From assembly GCA_964016885.1 (NCBI GenBank), contig OZ024740.1, forward strand, positions 91,698,001-91,762,000: a stretch of 64,000 nt of DNA, written 5' to 3'. Position 1 is the stretch's first letter. Each line of letters begins with the position of its first letter. The notes under the pieces are model-generated. The model saw only the letters and a program-made list of their open reading frames with translations, made no database searches and had not been told where the DNA came from. The position numbers and the translations under genes were made by a program. Origin of the DNA: Eledone cirrhosa. Its lineage: Eukaryota. Shown here piece by piece: positions 26,300-40,129 of the stretch.

Positions 26300-27075
26300 A
26301 TAATAAAAACAATATAACTTACACTCTAAACCAAACCAAAAAACTAGAACTAGAAGTATTATTTGGTACTCACCCCATTCTCATTAAGCGTTAAAACAAC
26401 TTTAGCAAAACTATTCTTTAAAGCACTAGACACATGTTTTCCTAAAGCCCACATATACCACTCAATCCTTAACAGACATACCATAAAACAATCCGAATCT
26501 ACTACTATGAACATAGCACAAAATATAAATAGAATTAATAATAGAAACTTAAATGTAAACCCTAACCAAAATAACCATAATAGCAATAATAATATTTCTA
26601 GCAATATCCAACATAATAGCACCGTTTGGAGCAACAACAACTCCGTAAAATGTAACTGTAGAATCAAATCAAGCTGCCCTTTACAAAATAAGTGTTTAGA
26701 TAAAAACCTATTCTATACATGCACAGCTAAAACTAGTGATCATATATTTAACTATGTCGGTGCCACTTCTACGAAATGTATAGGTCGCTGGAATAACCAT
26801 AAACACTCATTCAGAAAATCTGATGAAAAATCTCTTACTTCTCCATCTCATCATATATGGAACTTAAAAAGCAAGAATATAGACGATTCAATATCTTGGA
26901 AAACGATTTCGAAAGCACCTGCGGACCGAAACATGTCTTTATCAACACTCTGTAAATTCTGTATTGAAATAATTTTTTAATATAAATAACTGGCAAAACT
27001 CTTTTAAAATCAGAACATCATTTTTTAATTCTTGCAGACATCGCCAAAATTCTACATTCAGAAATATGTGTAATT
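26300..27075 (+). mobile_element. PLE GIY-YIG endonuclease 3' fragment
   Basis: CNCRIKSSCPLQNKCL..FYTC..YVGATS..RWNNHKHSF. Confidence 0.8.
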
Positions 27076-27199
27076 TATAATATTCCTATAAATCTTCAAA
27101 GTGTTCCTATCTTTTTTAACAATTTATATTTTTAATATATTAATATCTCTAAATAATAATATCTCCAATATCTGTAGTACTTTTACCTTTCAGCAAAAA

Positions 27200-27679
<480 letters not shown>

Positions 27680-27851
27680 TGTTATACTTTGGGAGGGTCA
27701 TGTTGCCAATAAGAAACACACGCACCAGTTGCTTTCACTTCAATTTATTATATATTTATAAATTTATAAATTTACAAATCTACAAATCTACAAACTTATA
27801 AATTTCAGGTTGGTTGGTTGGTTCCACAACCAGATAATTGTTTATATATAT

Positions 27852-27896
27852 AGTCATAGTCCTTTCGTCACACACTCTGTGACCTCTTCAGTGACT
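27852..27896 (-). ncRNA. Type I hammerhead ribozyme in pseudo-LTR
   Basis: AGTCA-CTGAAGA-G-GTCACA-GAGTG-TGTGAC-GAAA-GGAC-TA-TGACT. Confidence 0.72.
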
Positions 27897-28124
27897 GGGG
27901 ATTCCTTTCTTCGTTTCTGTGCCTTTCCTTTCTTCTATCCTACGCCATTTTGTTTCTGTGTGTGTGTTGTGTGCTCAGTTTGCGCATGCCCCACATCCGG
28001 GTGTCTGTGTGTTTGTGTTCATTTTTCTACTTTTCTATTTATATTTTACTATTTGTTTATTTAATTATTTATTTATTGTTGGTTGGTTGTTTGTTCTATG
28101 TGTGTGTGTGTTTTCATTTTGTTC

Positions 28125-30098
28125 TTAATTGTAAGTTGTGATGTTGCTGCTCCACTCATATTTTCTATTTAATTTTGGTTTTAATTCTTTAATGCTTACT
28201 GCCTCTGTAATTTGCCTAAACATTGCGTCTTTTCTGTGTGTGGATTCTATTTTTATTTCTATGCTCTCTAATCTACTCCTGTGTTCTATCTTAGCATGTT
28301 GGTAGAGCACAGATGATTCTTTATTATCTTGGAGGTCTCGCCAGTGTTCATTTATTCGTTCCCCTATACTACGAGCTGTCTCACATATGTACACTATATT
28401 TTTGTTTCTACATTGTCCTTCAGTACATCTCATGTTATACACTACATTTCTAGTTCTACAGTTAATATGGGGGCTTATTTTACAGGTTATACATTTCTTA
28501 TCTATACATGAGGGTCTTTGGAACGGGTATGTCTTGCTAATAAGTGTTTTTACGGAGGTACCAGGTCTCTCTACTATCTTAATATTGAGATTATGTTTAT
28601 TTAGGGCCCTTCTAAATTTGTAGGCTAGTTCGCCTTTAGGGGTTGTATTGATGAACATTACACTCTGGTATTTATTGCTATCATACCATGAGTTTATTCT
28701 ATTGGCCTTGTTCCTAGTTCTTTCTATTCTATTCCAAAATTTGCTCCTATACAAGGGGAAGGTCCCATTTATGTCATTATTTACCATTTTTTCCCATTTG
28801 GTTCTGGCTCCTTTATACACTCTGATTCTATCTCTCTGATTGTAGCCAGAGAACTGCATACGGTGGATGAAGTGTTGTATGTGTCTCTCTAGTTCTTCGG
28901 GGTTGCACATGCGGGACACATTTCTCATCACCCGTACCAAATCCGCAATCAGTATATTGATTTTGGTATGGTCCGAAATGGCTGAGTTTCGGTGGATCAG
29001 ATGTTTGGAAGCCATGGGTTTCGCATAATGGGAATGGAGGATTTGTTTTTGGTTGTTAATGGTATCTAACCAGAGCTCTGTGTCTAGTACAGGTAATCGA
29101 TGGTTGGGGTGTCTACTTGGGTAGTCTATAGTAACTCTAATGCTCTGGTGGATGGAGTTTGCTATTTGCTGGATACTTTCCATTGTGTTTTTCTCTAGTT
29201 CCTGACTGTTCTTTAGTGGGGGTGTCTTAACTACGATGTTTATATCATCTACGTAGCGGGAGTACATTATCAGGGTTAAGCTGTCTTCTAATTGTTCATT
29301 AAGTTTTTGTTTAAGTCTACTGTCCCACCATACCATGAATAAGTTAGCTATGTCGCCTGCAATGCTAACACCAATGGCAGCCCCTTCCTCTTGGGAATGT
29401 GTTTTACCATTAAATTTGAACATATGTTCCTTAAGGGTTAGTTTTATGCTGGCCCCTACCGCATGTGCAATCATTTTCTTCAGTTCATCGTGGTTTTCGG
29501 GTGTCCGTATGTCTCTGGTCCACCCGTTCCATCTATCTGTGTGGGTTTTCTTGGCCATTGAGGTAATGGTAGGTGGTCTGTCTCTTGCTGGTCTTGTAGG
29601 GCACAGGTTGCTAAGGTCATAAGTGTCTAGGTAACTATTACTATGGGTAAGCTTAAGTAGAAGTCCCAGCTCACTGGTATCAATCCCACGGAACTCAACC
29701 TTGCTCTCGCTGATCATTTCTTCGCATTTCACCACAGCAAAATCCACGTCAATAGATGGATACAGGGACACAACATCCATACTGCCTATTATGCAGTTTG
29801 TTAGGTCCCCAGATCGCTTACCTGCGCCGATTCTGCTGAGAAGGTCCTCCGTGCTGTCACACACATCTGGGGACATCTCAATGATGGGGCGTATGATCAG
29901 GGAGAGGAAGTAGGACAGTCTGTAGTTACTAGCAATGTTAGCCCCACTGACTGACCGTGTTGGTGGTCCCGCGACAGGGTCCCAGCACGTTTTATGGTCT
30001 TTTCGAAGCCCATACAACAGCGGCACGTCATTGTTCCAGGCCTGGAAGTTGTTGGCAGTCCTTTTGTTGGGCTGCATTATATTCGTCCACATCACCAT
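28125..30098 (-). CDS. PLE reverse transcriptase plus GIY-YIG endonuclease (C-terminal part of a frameshifted ORF)
   Basis: LYGLRKDHK, SMDVVSLYPSI, QEEGAAIG..GDIANLFM, YSRYVDD, NVVYNMRC..VYICETARSIGERINEH, RQITEAVSI..LN. Confidence 0.9.
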   Translation of the reverse strand: MVMWTNIMQPNKRTANNFQAWNNDVPLLYGLRKDHKTCWDPVAGPPTRSVSGANIASNYRLSYFLSLIIRPIIEMSPDVCDSTEDLLSRIGAGKRSGDLTNCIIGSMDVVSLYPSIDVDFAVVKCEEMISESKVEFRGIDTSELGLLLKLTHSNSYLDTYDLSNLCPTRPARDRPPTITSMAKKTHTDRWNGWTRDIRTPENHDELKKMIAHAVGASIKLTLKEHMFKFNGKTHSQEEGAAIGVSIAGDIANLFMVWWDSRLKQKLNEQLEDSLTLIMYSRYVDDINIVVKTPPLKNSQELEKNTMESIQQIANSIHQSIRVTIDYPSRHPNHRLPVLDTELWLDTINNQKQILHSHYAKPMASKHLIHRNSAISDHTKINILIADLVRVMRNVSRMCNPEELERHIQHFIHRMQFSGYNQRDRIRVYKGARTKWEKMVNNDINGTFPLYRSKFWNRIERTRNKANRINSWYDSNKYQSVMFINTTPKGELAYKFRRALNKHNLNIKIVERPGTSVKTLISKTYPFQRPSCIDKKCITCKISPHINCRTRNVVYNMRCTEGQCRNKNIVYICETARSIGERINEHWRDLQDNKESSVLYQHAKIEHRSRLESIEIKIESTHRKDAMFRQITEAVSIKELKPKLNRKYEWSSNITTYN

Positions 30099-30954
30099 AT
30101 GGGCATTGAGGGCTTTTTCTCTATCCTCATGCTCCTGTGGTGTTACCTCTCTTGTGTTAGTGATGTGGGTTGCATTGCCTGGATGTAGTTTGGCAGACTG
30201 TCAACCGACATTCTGCCAGACTTGTCTGTTGGAGAACATGCTATCTCTCCATTACGCGAGCGCTGCATGAGCTTACGCAAGCCATTTGCGGATTCTTCTC
30301 CCAGTTGCTGGGCCTCTATTCTATTATGCGTCTTGCTATACTGTTCTATAATATTTCTAAGTTCGGATTTAGCTATACTAAATTGTGCTTCTGTTTGTTC
30401 ATCGACCTGCGACGGCAACTGCGTGCGTTTGTTAAATGGCAAAGTCGTGGCGTGGACTCGTCGTAGGTCGAATGATTTATCGGAGGGGTTATAAAACGGA
30501 GAGTTCCAGGCTGCTGCTTTATGTGTACTAGTGCTATTATTATTGTTAGTTGTGTTGTTTCTATTTCTATTTCCACCAACAGCCTCAGCTTCATGGTTGT
30601 TTCTATGTCTCTCATAATTACTCCTGTCTCTTTCCACTGGCTCAATGTTGTTATCTACCCTATTTTGTGTGTCTGTGTGTTCGTCTTGGTTATTCTCTTT
30701 GTCCTTAGTCTCCCATCTCCTTTTACTTTTAATCCTATTACTTTCTCTTATTTCTCTGATTTCTGTGCTACTGTCATTACTTGTTTTCTGTGTCTGTGTG
30801 TTTGTTAAGAGTGTGGTGGTGGTGAGAGGCATTGAATGCGTGTGTGTTGTTGTTGTTGATGTGTGTTGTTGTTGATGTGTGTTGTTGTTGTCTCCGTGTG
30901 TATGTGTGTTATCGTTGTTGTGTGTGTTGTTATTGTTGTTTGTGTCTGCGTGTC

Positions 30955-31210
30955 TGTTGTTGTTGTATCTGGGTATGTTGCTATTGTTGTTGTTGTTGAT
31001 GTGTGTGTTGTTGTTATTGTTGTCTCCGTGTGTGTTATCGTTGTTGTGTGCGTTGTTATTGTTGTTTGTGTCTGCGTGTCTGTTGTTGTTGTATCTGGGT
31101 ATGTTGCTATTGTTGTTGTTGTATCTGGGTATGTTGCTATTGTTGTTGTTGTATCTGGGTATGTTGCTATTGTTGTTGTTGTATCTGGGTATGTTGCTAT
31201 TGTTGTTGTT
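30955..31210. repeat. 30-bp minisatellite (TGTTGTTGTTGTATCTGGGTATGTTGCTAT) within a (GTT)-rich tract in the PLE N-terminal region
   Basis: Four tandem copies at 31081-31200 plus one near 30955. Confidence 0.85.
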
Positions 31211-32179
31211 GTTGTTATTGTTGTTTGTGTCTGTGTGTCTGTTGTTGTTGGGATGTGTGTTGTATATGTGTGTGCGTATATTGTTGCTTTTGTTTTTGAT
31301 GCTCCAGCGTAGTTTTGTAAATTATTTTTCTATTTCTGACAGACAACTAATCATATTTACCTTCTTGAATGTCGCAAATTTGGGTGGCAGACGTAACACA
31401 GACATTTCATTATTATCTACTTCCGTGTTTCCATAAATGTTGGTATTTTCGTTGTTGAACTCTTCAGATAATGAGGTGTCGGCCATGTTGATACCGTCAA
31501 TTTTGTCGGGATATCTATTGGTATGCTCTATAGTATCCCGATTTAGCTTTGCCTGTTTAAGCCACTTTAATTTTCTGTTAAAGTGCTTATCACATTCTTG
31601 AGTAATGTACTGTTCTTCGGGGCGTATAAGGCTTATAAATGTTAGTTTTTCTGCTGGTGTGGTGATTTTAGATATTTCTTGTATTAGGTTACGCTTTAGT
31701 TTTTCTTGATGACTTAATTCTCTATAGATCTTCTTTTTTATGTTTAGAATTAAAGTTCGTTTTAGCCTATCTGCTTGTTTTTTGGTGAGTTGTAATCTTC
31801 TAACGTCGGTATTTATGGTGTTGGTGTAGATTCTAGAAGTGGTGCACAGTTTTATGAAGCGTAGTTGTCGAGATGTTATGGTTTTTCTTAGACAACAGAA
31901 CATGGTGGTTTTCAGTATCTTGTTAGCCTGGCTAAGGCTTACGATATTTCGTTTCTGAATTTGTTTAGCAAGATTATTTATCTGAAATCGTGTTTTGAAA
32001 CCGATATTGTTATACTTTGGGAGGGTCATGTTGCCAATAAGAAACACATGCACCAGTAGCATTCACTTCAATTTATTATATATTTATAAATTTATAAATT
32101 TACAAATCTACAAATCTACAAACTTATACATTTCTGGTTGGTTGGTTGGTTCCACAACCAGATAGTTGTTTATATATAT

Positions 32180-32224
32180 AGTCATAGTCCTTTCGTCACA
32201 CACTCTGTGACCTCTTCAGTGACT
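32180..32224 (-). ncRNA. Type I hammerhead ribozyme in pseudo-LTR
   Basis: Same motif as 27852-27896. Confidence 0.72.
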
Positions 32225-34155
32225 GGGGATTTCTTTCTTCATTTCTGTGCCTTTCCTTTCTTCTATCCTACGCCATTTTGTTTCTGTGTGTGTGTTGTGT
32301 GCTCAGTTTGCGCATGCGCCACATCCGGGTGTCTGTGTGTGTTTATGTTCATTTTTCTATTTTTCCATTTTTATTTTTCTATTTGTTTATTTATTTATTT
32401 ATTTATTGTTGGTTGGTTGTTTGTTCTATGTGTGTGTGTGTGTGTTTTCATTTTGTCCTGTGTGTGTTTTCATTTTGTGTGTGTTTTCAATTGTAAGTTG
32501 TTTGTTCTATGTGTGTGTGTGTGTTTTCATTTTGTCCTTAATTGTAAGTTGTGATGTTGCTGTTCCACTCATATTTTCTATTTAATTTTGGTTTTAATTA
32601 TTTTATGCTTACTGCCTCTGTAATTTGCCTAAACATTGCGTCTTTTCTGTGTGTGGATTCTATTTTTATTTCTATGCTCTCTAATCTACCCCTGTGTTCT
32701 ATCTTAGCATGTTGGTAGAGCACAGATGATTATTTATTATCTTGGAGGTCTCGCCAGTGTTTATATTGGAATAGAATAGAAAGAACTAGGAACAAGGCCA
32801 ATAGAATAAACTCATGGTATGATAGCAATAAATACCAGAGTGTAATGTTAATCAATACAACCCCTAGAGGCGAACTAGCCTACAAATTTAGAAGGGCCCT
32901 AAATAAACATAATCTCAATATTAAGATAGTAGAAAGACCTGGTACCTCCGTAAAAACACTTATTAGCAAGACATACCCGTTCCAAAGACCCTCATGTATA
33001 GATAAGAAATGTATAACCTGTAAAATAAGCCCCCATATTAACTGTAAACCTAGAAATGTAGAGTATAGCATGAGATGTACCGAAGGACAATGTCGAAACA
33101 AAAATATAGTGTACATAGGTGAGACAGCTCGTAGTATAGGGGAACGAATAAATGAACACTGGCGAGACCTCCAAGATAATAAAGAATCATCATTTCTTAA
33201 TTATATATGTTTTCAATGACACCCTCTAAAGCTTTTTTTTAAACGTAGATTAATAACCATTACCTGATTTTAGAAAAAAATTATCCTATTCAAGACGATG
33301 TTTAAGCATTCATATTTCTTTCGACTAAATAATTAATTAATCACACAATAACTCTTAAAAACCTTTATCGATTAACAAATAAAATTGGAGTTATCTTCCT
33401 TTCTCAATTATATAAACTTCGTTAATTTAATTTAAAACATTCTCAATGTCGAACAAGTTATCCAAATATATAAAATCATCATTTTAACTACCTATTTATT
33501 TACATAAAATAGAAAATCAACATATCTCGTAACTCATATTAAAAACAACCACATAAAGCTTCAACTACCTATTTACCTATTTAATTATCTACATTAAACA
33601 CAAAAACAACATTCCTCGTAACTCATATTATAAACAACTAATAATTGCAACTTATCTTTTTAATAAAAATACATATGCTATTATTAAAATATATATAGGT
33701 ATTTATATATTTAACCCACTACAATATTATAATCAGATAATAAATACTTACAAACATAATTCTACATATAACTATATACATAATATAGGTAAATATTCAA
33801 ATTTATTTCCCCCAAATTAACCTTTATAAGTGGTCTTCTTTTTCCTATTTTCTTTTTTTCCTTTTTACTTTTCCTTCTTCTTCTTCTTTTTCCTTTTCAT
33901 TTTTCTTTTTCTTCTTTTTTTCTTTTTTTTTCTTTTTTCTTGTTTAATTCTTTCTCTGTTACTAATACATCTAAACTTTCCATAGCGTTTAAAATAACGG
34001 GTTTTCAAGCATATAACTCAAACTTATTTACATATTCATATGCATACACTTCCATAAGTTTGAAAAATCCGTTCTTTAATCTCACCTCCCAAGGAAAATT
34101 CAACTGATAAGGTATGTTTTCCTGGGCTATGTCAACGTTTATAAAACACTCTTTG

Positions 34156-34218
34156 TATTTTATCTGATGAAAACGTACCAACATTTTTTGGTACCTTTGA
34201 AATATATATAATAAAATA
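34156..34218 (+). ncRNA. Type I hammerhead ribozyme
   Basis: TATTTTAT-CTGATGA-AAA.GTACCAA..TTGGTAC.TTT-GAAA-TATATA-TA-ATAAAATA. Confidence 0.75.
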
Positions 34219-34244
34219 AATATAGTTTATATTTATTTAATATC

Positions 34245-34770
34245 ATTTTATAGCCAACCATGTCACTCTTCTGTCTTGAATTATTATTACTCCATGTATA
34301 AACTACAAAGAAATCACCGCGAACTCGCAACATCTCTATGCAAACGTCTTGTTGATTAAAACTAAGCCATAAGTTAATACCGTCCACAACACGGTTATCG
34401 TTATGGGCAGTCCATTTAGATGTAGTCCAGTTAGAGTACTCGGTGTTGTGGATGGCATTAACGTATGGTTTAGTTTGAATCAACAAGACGTTTCCATAGA
34501 GATATTGCGAGTTCGCGGTGATTTCTATGTAGTTTATACTTGGAGTAATAATAATTCAAGACAAACGAGTGACATGGTTGGCTATATAATAAGGTATTTA
34601 TTTACATTGCTGACAATTGTTTCTTTGATCTGGTAGGACAGGAGTTCGCTACTCACTTGATGTTGCGTCAATCGACCTCCAATATTTTATTTATAACCGG
34701 TCGTTTCATCAGAGCGTGCGAAAGTGAGGAAGATACTCAAGGCATGGCTTTTATAGAGGAATGGTATTAT
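34245..34770. repeat. Inverted repeat unit (34245-34400 vs 34440-34590); 34540-34770 recurs inverted at 36360-36575
   Basis: Direct sequence comparison; matching ORF translations. Confidence 0.7.
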
Positions 34771-35080
34771 AGAGGAAAGGTATTTAAAAAAAGGTGGTAT
34801 GAGCACAGACATTCAATGAAGAACCGTTCACTAGTAAATTCCACAACCCTCGCCAATAAAATCTGGCAACTTAATAACATAAACCTTGATTACAATATTA
34901 GCTAATCGAAATTAGCGGCCGCAAAGGCCTATAGCCGCGGTATGTCCCAGTGTGGGCTCTGCAACCTTGAATTGCTACATATCTCAAGTAATGATAAAAA
35001 GCTACTCAACAGCAAAATAGAGAGGTCAATTTTCTGCAGATATAGGATTGCTACAAACTTCGCGAGATTTAAACCAGCGT
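34770..35080 (+). mobile_element. PLE GIY-YIG 3' fragment
   Basis: FKKRWYEHRHS..STTLANKIWQL, CGLCNLE. Confidence 0.7.
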
Positions 35081-35430
35081 GATTCGAACCAGCATCCCCT
35101 ATATTAAGGGAAAACCACGTAGCATTTAACATATAAAATCCACAATCTCACACAGCCCAATTCAGAACCATAATCTTCTATAAACACCTTCTAGCCTGCC
35201 TACATATATACCACTGGGATGGGGTAGTAATGTCTACAATTATGTTGTCAGCCCATACATCAATCCCATCTTTGCTGTTGTTTACTGCTTCGGACAAAAC
35301 AATTATATCTACGTATCTCACATTAGCACTCATGATCCCTAACAGATAAACTTGTTTCTAAATATATTATCTTATTACTCCTACACTCCTTGAAATCTTA
35401 TTTTCCTCTTATTATTATTATGATCATCAG

Positions 35431-35618
35431 GGCGATGGATTCGTAGTATCGGTAGAGGGTCGGACGCCAATTCTTTGACGCGTAGAGTTACGGCCCTTGC
35501 CATTCTGACTTCAAATCCCGCCGAGGTTAACTTTGTCTTTCATCCTTACGGGGTCGATAAAATAAAGTACCAGTAATACACTGGGTAATTGCTGGCCTTG
35601 AGCCAAAAGTAGAAACAA
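35431..35618 (+). mobile_element. tRNA-derived SINE, same family as 26103-26288 (partial copies at 36191-36305 and 52835-52911)
   Basis: TTCAAATCCCGCCGAGGTTAACTTTG.CTTTCATCC..GGGGTCGATAAAATAAAGTACCAG. Confidence 0.72.
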
Positions 35619-36598
35619 TTATTATTATGATCATCTCAATGTACCCCTAATTTTATTCATCATGTGCGCTTATTTACCATGCATATTTTATTATTTTATT
35701 ACTTTTATTGCCTCTAATGATGTTGTTATTATTGTCTTTTTTATACACTATTTGTTATTGATGTTGTGAAAACTAGTGCCCCCTTATTCGAACTAACAAT
35801 CGCAACTTTTAGAATATTCCACTTAAATACCGAATCTACAACTTCACTTAACACAACATAAAAAACATATATCTCTATGCACCCACCCTATCATTCTCAC
35901 TAAGTTGATACAACGAAATTACTTATCCGTCAACAAATAAATCAATCTCCGGTTTAATGCTAATGTGCTTTCAGACTTACAGCACACGCATATACCTCCT
36001 ACATACTGACTCCAAGTACATTATATCAGTTATCTCTCCACCACCTTAGTACTACATCTAATGTACCCTATAGCAGTTTTCACATGTCAATGTCATACAT
36101 CTGTATAATATCAGTTCGTTTAATATGCTAGGTTGATCATAATACTATATTTGTTACTTATATTGATGTTGTTATTTTAACAATTCATACCTGAGTTCAA
36201 ATCCTGCGCAGGTTGACTTTGCCTTTCATCCTATACGGGGTCGATAAAATAAAGTACCAGTAATGCACTGGTTAATTGCTGACCTTGTGCCTAAAGTATA
36301 AACAGTAATTTTAACTATTCATTATCTAGTTATTTTATTATCGATATTATTGTTCTGGTTTAATAACACTCCTCTATAAAAGCCATGCCTTGAGTATGTT
36401 CCTCACTTTCGCACGCTCTGATATAACGACTGGTTATAAACCAAGTATTGGAGTTCGATTGACGCAACATCAAGCGAGTAGCGAACTCTAGACCTACCAG
36501 ATCAAAGAAACAATTGTCAGCAATGTGAATAAAGCCCTTATTGTATAGCCACCATGTCACTCTTCTGTCTTGAATTATATATATATATATATATATAT

Positions 36599-37646
<1,048 letters not shown>

Positions 37647-37708
37647 CTTGTATGTATATATATATATATATATATGTGCTTGTATGTATATATATATATA
37701 TATATATG

Positions 37709-37870
37709 AAAATGTTTAACCTCGACGGCAGAGCTCAAGCCGTTTCGACGGTTTTTTTCTGGACTAAATTATATTTTTTGCGTTGTAATAAATAGGGCTA
37801 GTTATTACCACGCTAAAAATGAAATAACCGTCGAAACAGCTTGAGTTCAGCCGTCGGGGTGAAACATTTA
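37709..37870. mobile_element. MITE-like element with ~45-bp terminal inverted repeats; related sequence at 10965-11070
   Basis: AAATGTTTAACCTCGACGGCAGAGCTCAAGCCGTTTCGACGG / CCGTCGAAACAGCTTGAGTTCAGCCGTCGGGGTGAAACATTT. Confidence 0.55.
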
Positions 37871-37995
37871 CGTATTAGCCACTGTATTGAGTATTCTGGG
37901 CGTTATGGTCCATCTGGTTCCTTACCACACTTCCTTCGTTATATATATATATAAATATATATATGTATGTTAGCCATATAAATATATATGTGTGA

Positions 37996-38106
37996 AGGCG
38001 CGTGGCTGAGTGGTATTGAACTGTCAATTGTAAGGTTGTGAGTTAGATTCCTGGACCAGGTGACGCGTTATGTCCTTGAGCAAGACACTTTATTTCACGT
38101 TGCTCC
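37996..38106 (+). mobile_element. tRNA-derived SINE head (second family)
   Basis: A-box-like GTGGCTGAGTGG, degenerate B-box, core TGTCCTTGAGCAAGACACTT. Confidence 0.6.
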
Positions 38107-38878
38107 TTCTACCTGGAGGTGCGACTGATAGATAGTATTAGCAATTGGAAATACCAATGGAAACATTGTTTCCTCGGTCCGATTTGACGAAAGTCAATCG
38201 ACTGTAATATGTATGTAAAAGGTAAACAGAAATAACAGTACAATCTGTACAGTATATGGAAGGTATATATGATGTTATCGCTGATTTCGTGGATAATTTT
38301 AAAAGTACAATTGAAAATATAAATAGGTTTTAGTAAGAAAAGTGAGACGAATATATATAATCTTGTGTAATATGCAAACATACATCTTAACGATGTTTTC
38401 TTTCAATTTTAATTGACGCAAAATCATGGTTTTAATGACAAATTATGTATGGCTTATATAATTGAATGCACGCAGTATATCAAACACACGTACACACAGG
38501 TAGGTCCCTAATATATCTTAATAAATCGCACACAGGAAAGCAGACAACCACGCATATAAATAAATATATATATACAAATATAATTACACTCAAACATACA
38601 CAAATGCGCACACAAACGCACACACACACGCTCACACACGCACGCACACACACACACAGACACACACACACCCATATATAGATATATATATAAAGGGAGA
38701 GAGATAATATGTGTAGGTAAAACTCATGTATGTTTATGTGCGTATGATTCTGTGTATGTCCGTTTTTACATGCGATGAATAATAACTTTGAATTTGCTAG
38801 AAAATAAAATTAATACAAACAAAATATTTCTCGTAGGATATACGTGCATTTACATACATGCACTCAAACAATGATGTG

Positions 38879-38950
<72 letters not shown>

Positions 38951-39133
38951 TATATATAGTAATAGGATATACTTTCCTTCACGCACAAGGCGCCAAGGTA
39001 CGCATGTATTGTCCAACCAAATGCCAGTGTGGTTCAATGGCGGTTAATATATTAACGAGCCAAAACAAGGTTTAGCAAATAATGAAAAAGTTTCAAAATA
39101 AATTTTAAAAAATTGACTTTACCTACTATAGTT

Positions 39134-39217
39134 ACCTTTACCGATCGGTTTCGAATCCCAAAAATAAAACGGAGACCATACGGCCTTCGTTGTAAAGAAA
39201 GATTCTCGTCAGAAGGT
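39134..39217 (-). ncRNA. Type I hammerhead ribozyme (family C)
   Basis: ACCTT-CTGACGA-GAATCTT...GGGATTC-GAAA-CCGATCGG-TA-AAGGT, with palindromic helix III. Confidence 0.82.
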
Positions 39218-39889
39218 TCTTTTCATTCAAAGAATATAAAATTCCTGAATTTAAATCACAAACTAGCGCTATCAAAACTGTTCCTGGGATGAGAGTGGAT
39301 GATGTAGAAACAGGTTTATCAAGGGCCGAAGCAAAGATAGAGGCAAAAGGAGGTAGGTCAAACTAGCCACAGCTATTGCTAGCAGCAGTCAGAACGACCA
39401 AATTTGTTCTCAACGTTAGTGGAGGTAGTAGTAACGAATGCCGTGTGGTCTCCGTTTTATTTTTGGGATTCGAAACCGATCGGTAAAGGTAACTATAGTA
39501 GGTAAAGTCAATTTTTTAAAATTTATTTTGAAACTTTTTCATTATTTGCTAAACCTTGTTTATATTTGTTCTGGCTCGTTAATTTATTAACCCGCCATTG
39601 AACCACACTGGCATTTTGTTGGACAATACATACGTACCTTGGCGCCTTGTGCGTGAAGGAACGTATATCCTATTACTACTACTTCCACTAACGTTGAGAA
39701 CAAATTAGGTCGTTCTGACTGCTGCTAGCAATAGCTGTGGCTAGTTTGACCTACCTCCTTTTGCCTCTATCTTCGCTTCGGCCCTTGATAAACCTGTTTC
39801 TACATCATCCACTCTCATCCCAGGAACAGTTTTGATAGCGCTAGTTTGTGATTTAAATTCAGGAATTTTATATTCTTTGAATGAAAAGA

Positions 39890-39973
39890 ACATTCTGACG
39901 AGAATATTTCTTTGCAACGAAGGCCGTATGGTCTCCGTTTTATTTTTGGGATTCGAAACCGATCGGTAAAGGT
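39890..39973 (+). ncRNA. Type I hammerhead ribozyme (family C, helix I/II mismatches)
   Basis: ACATT-CTGACGA-GAATA...GATTC-GAAA-CCGATCGG-TA-AAGGT. Confidence 0.65.
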
Positions 39974-40079
39974 AACTATAGTAGGTAAAGTCAATTTTTT
40001 AAAATTTATTTTGAAACTTTTTCATTATTTGCTGAACCTTGTTTATATAAGTATATATATATATACATACATATATGTA

Positions 40080-40129
<50 letters not shown>

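Larger units (their letters stand above)
27680..33193 (-). mobile_element. Near full-length Penelope-like element with direct pseudo-LTRs (~27680-28350 and ~32007-32760) and an inverted extension (32762-33193)
   Basis: ORF segments 31322-32062, 30143-30832 and 28125-30098. Duplicated pLTR, each copy with an HHR. The inverted copy of the endonuclease region is typical of PLE insertions. Confidence 0.93.
38958..40046. mobile_element. Non-coding ~483-bp unit family C with HHR: one unit on - (38958-39433) and ~1.25 tandem units on + (39441-40046), in (TA)n
   Basis: 39441 and 39924 start the same sequence (483-bp offset). The minus copy is a circular permutation of the unit. No credible ORF. Confidence 0.8.

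Noticed and set aside
30863-31436. Plus-strand Val/Leu/Cys-rich 'membrane' ORFs (also 61358-61788, 62533-62997)
   Set aside because: Antisense translations of (AAC)n-rich retroelement coding tracts
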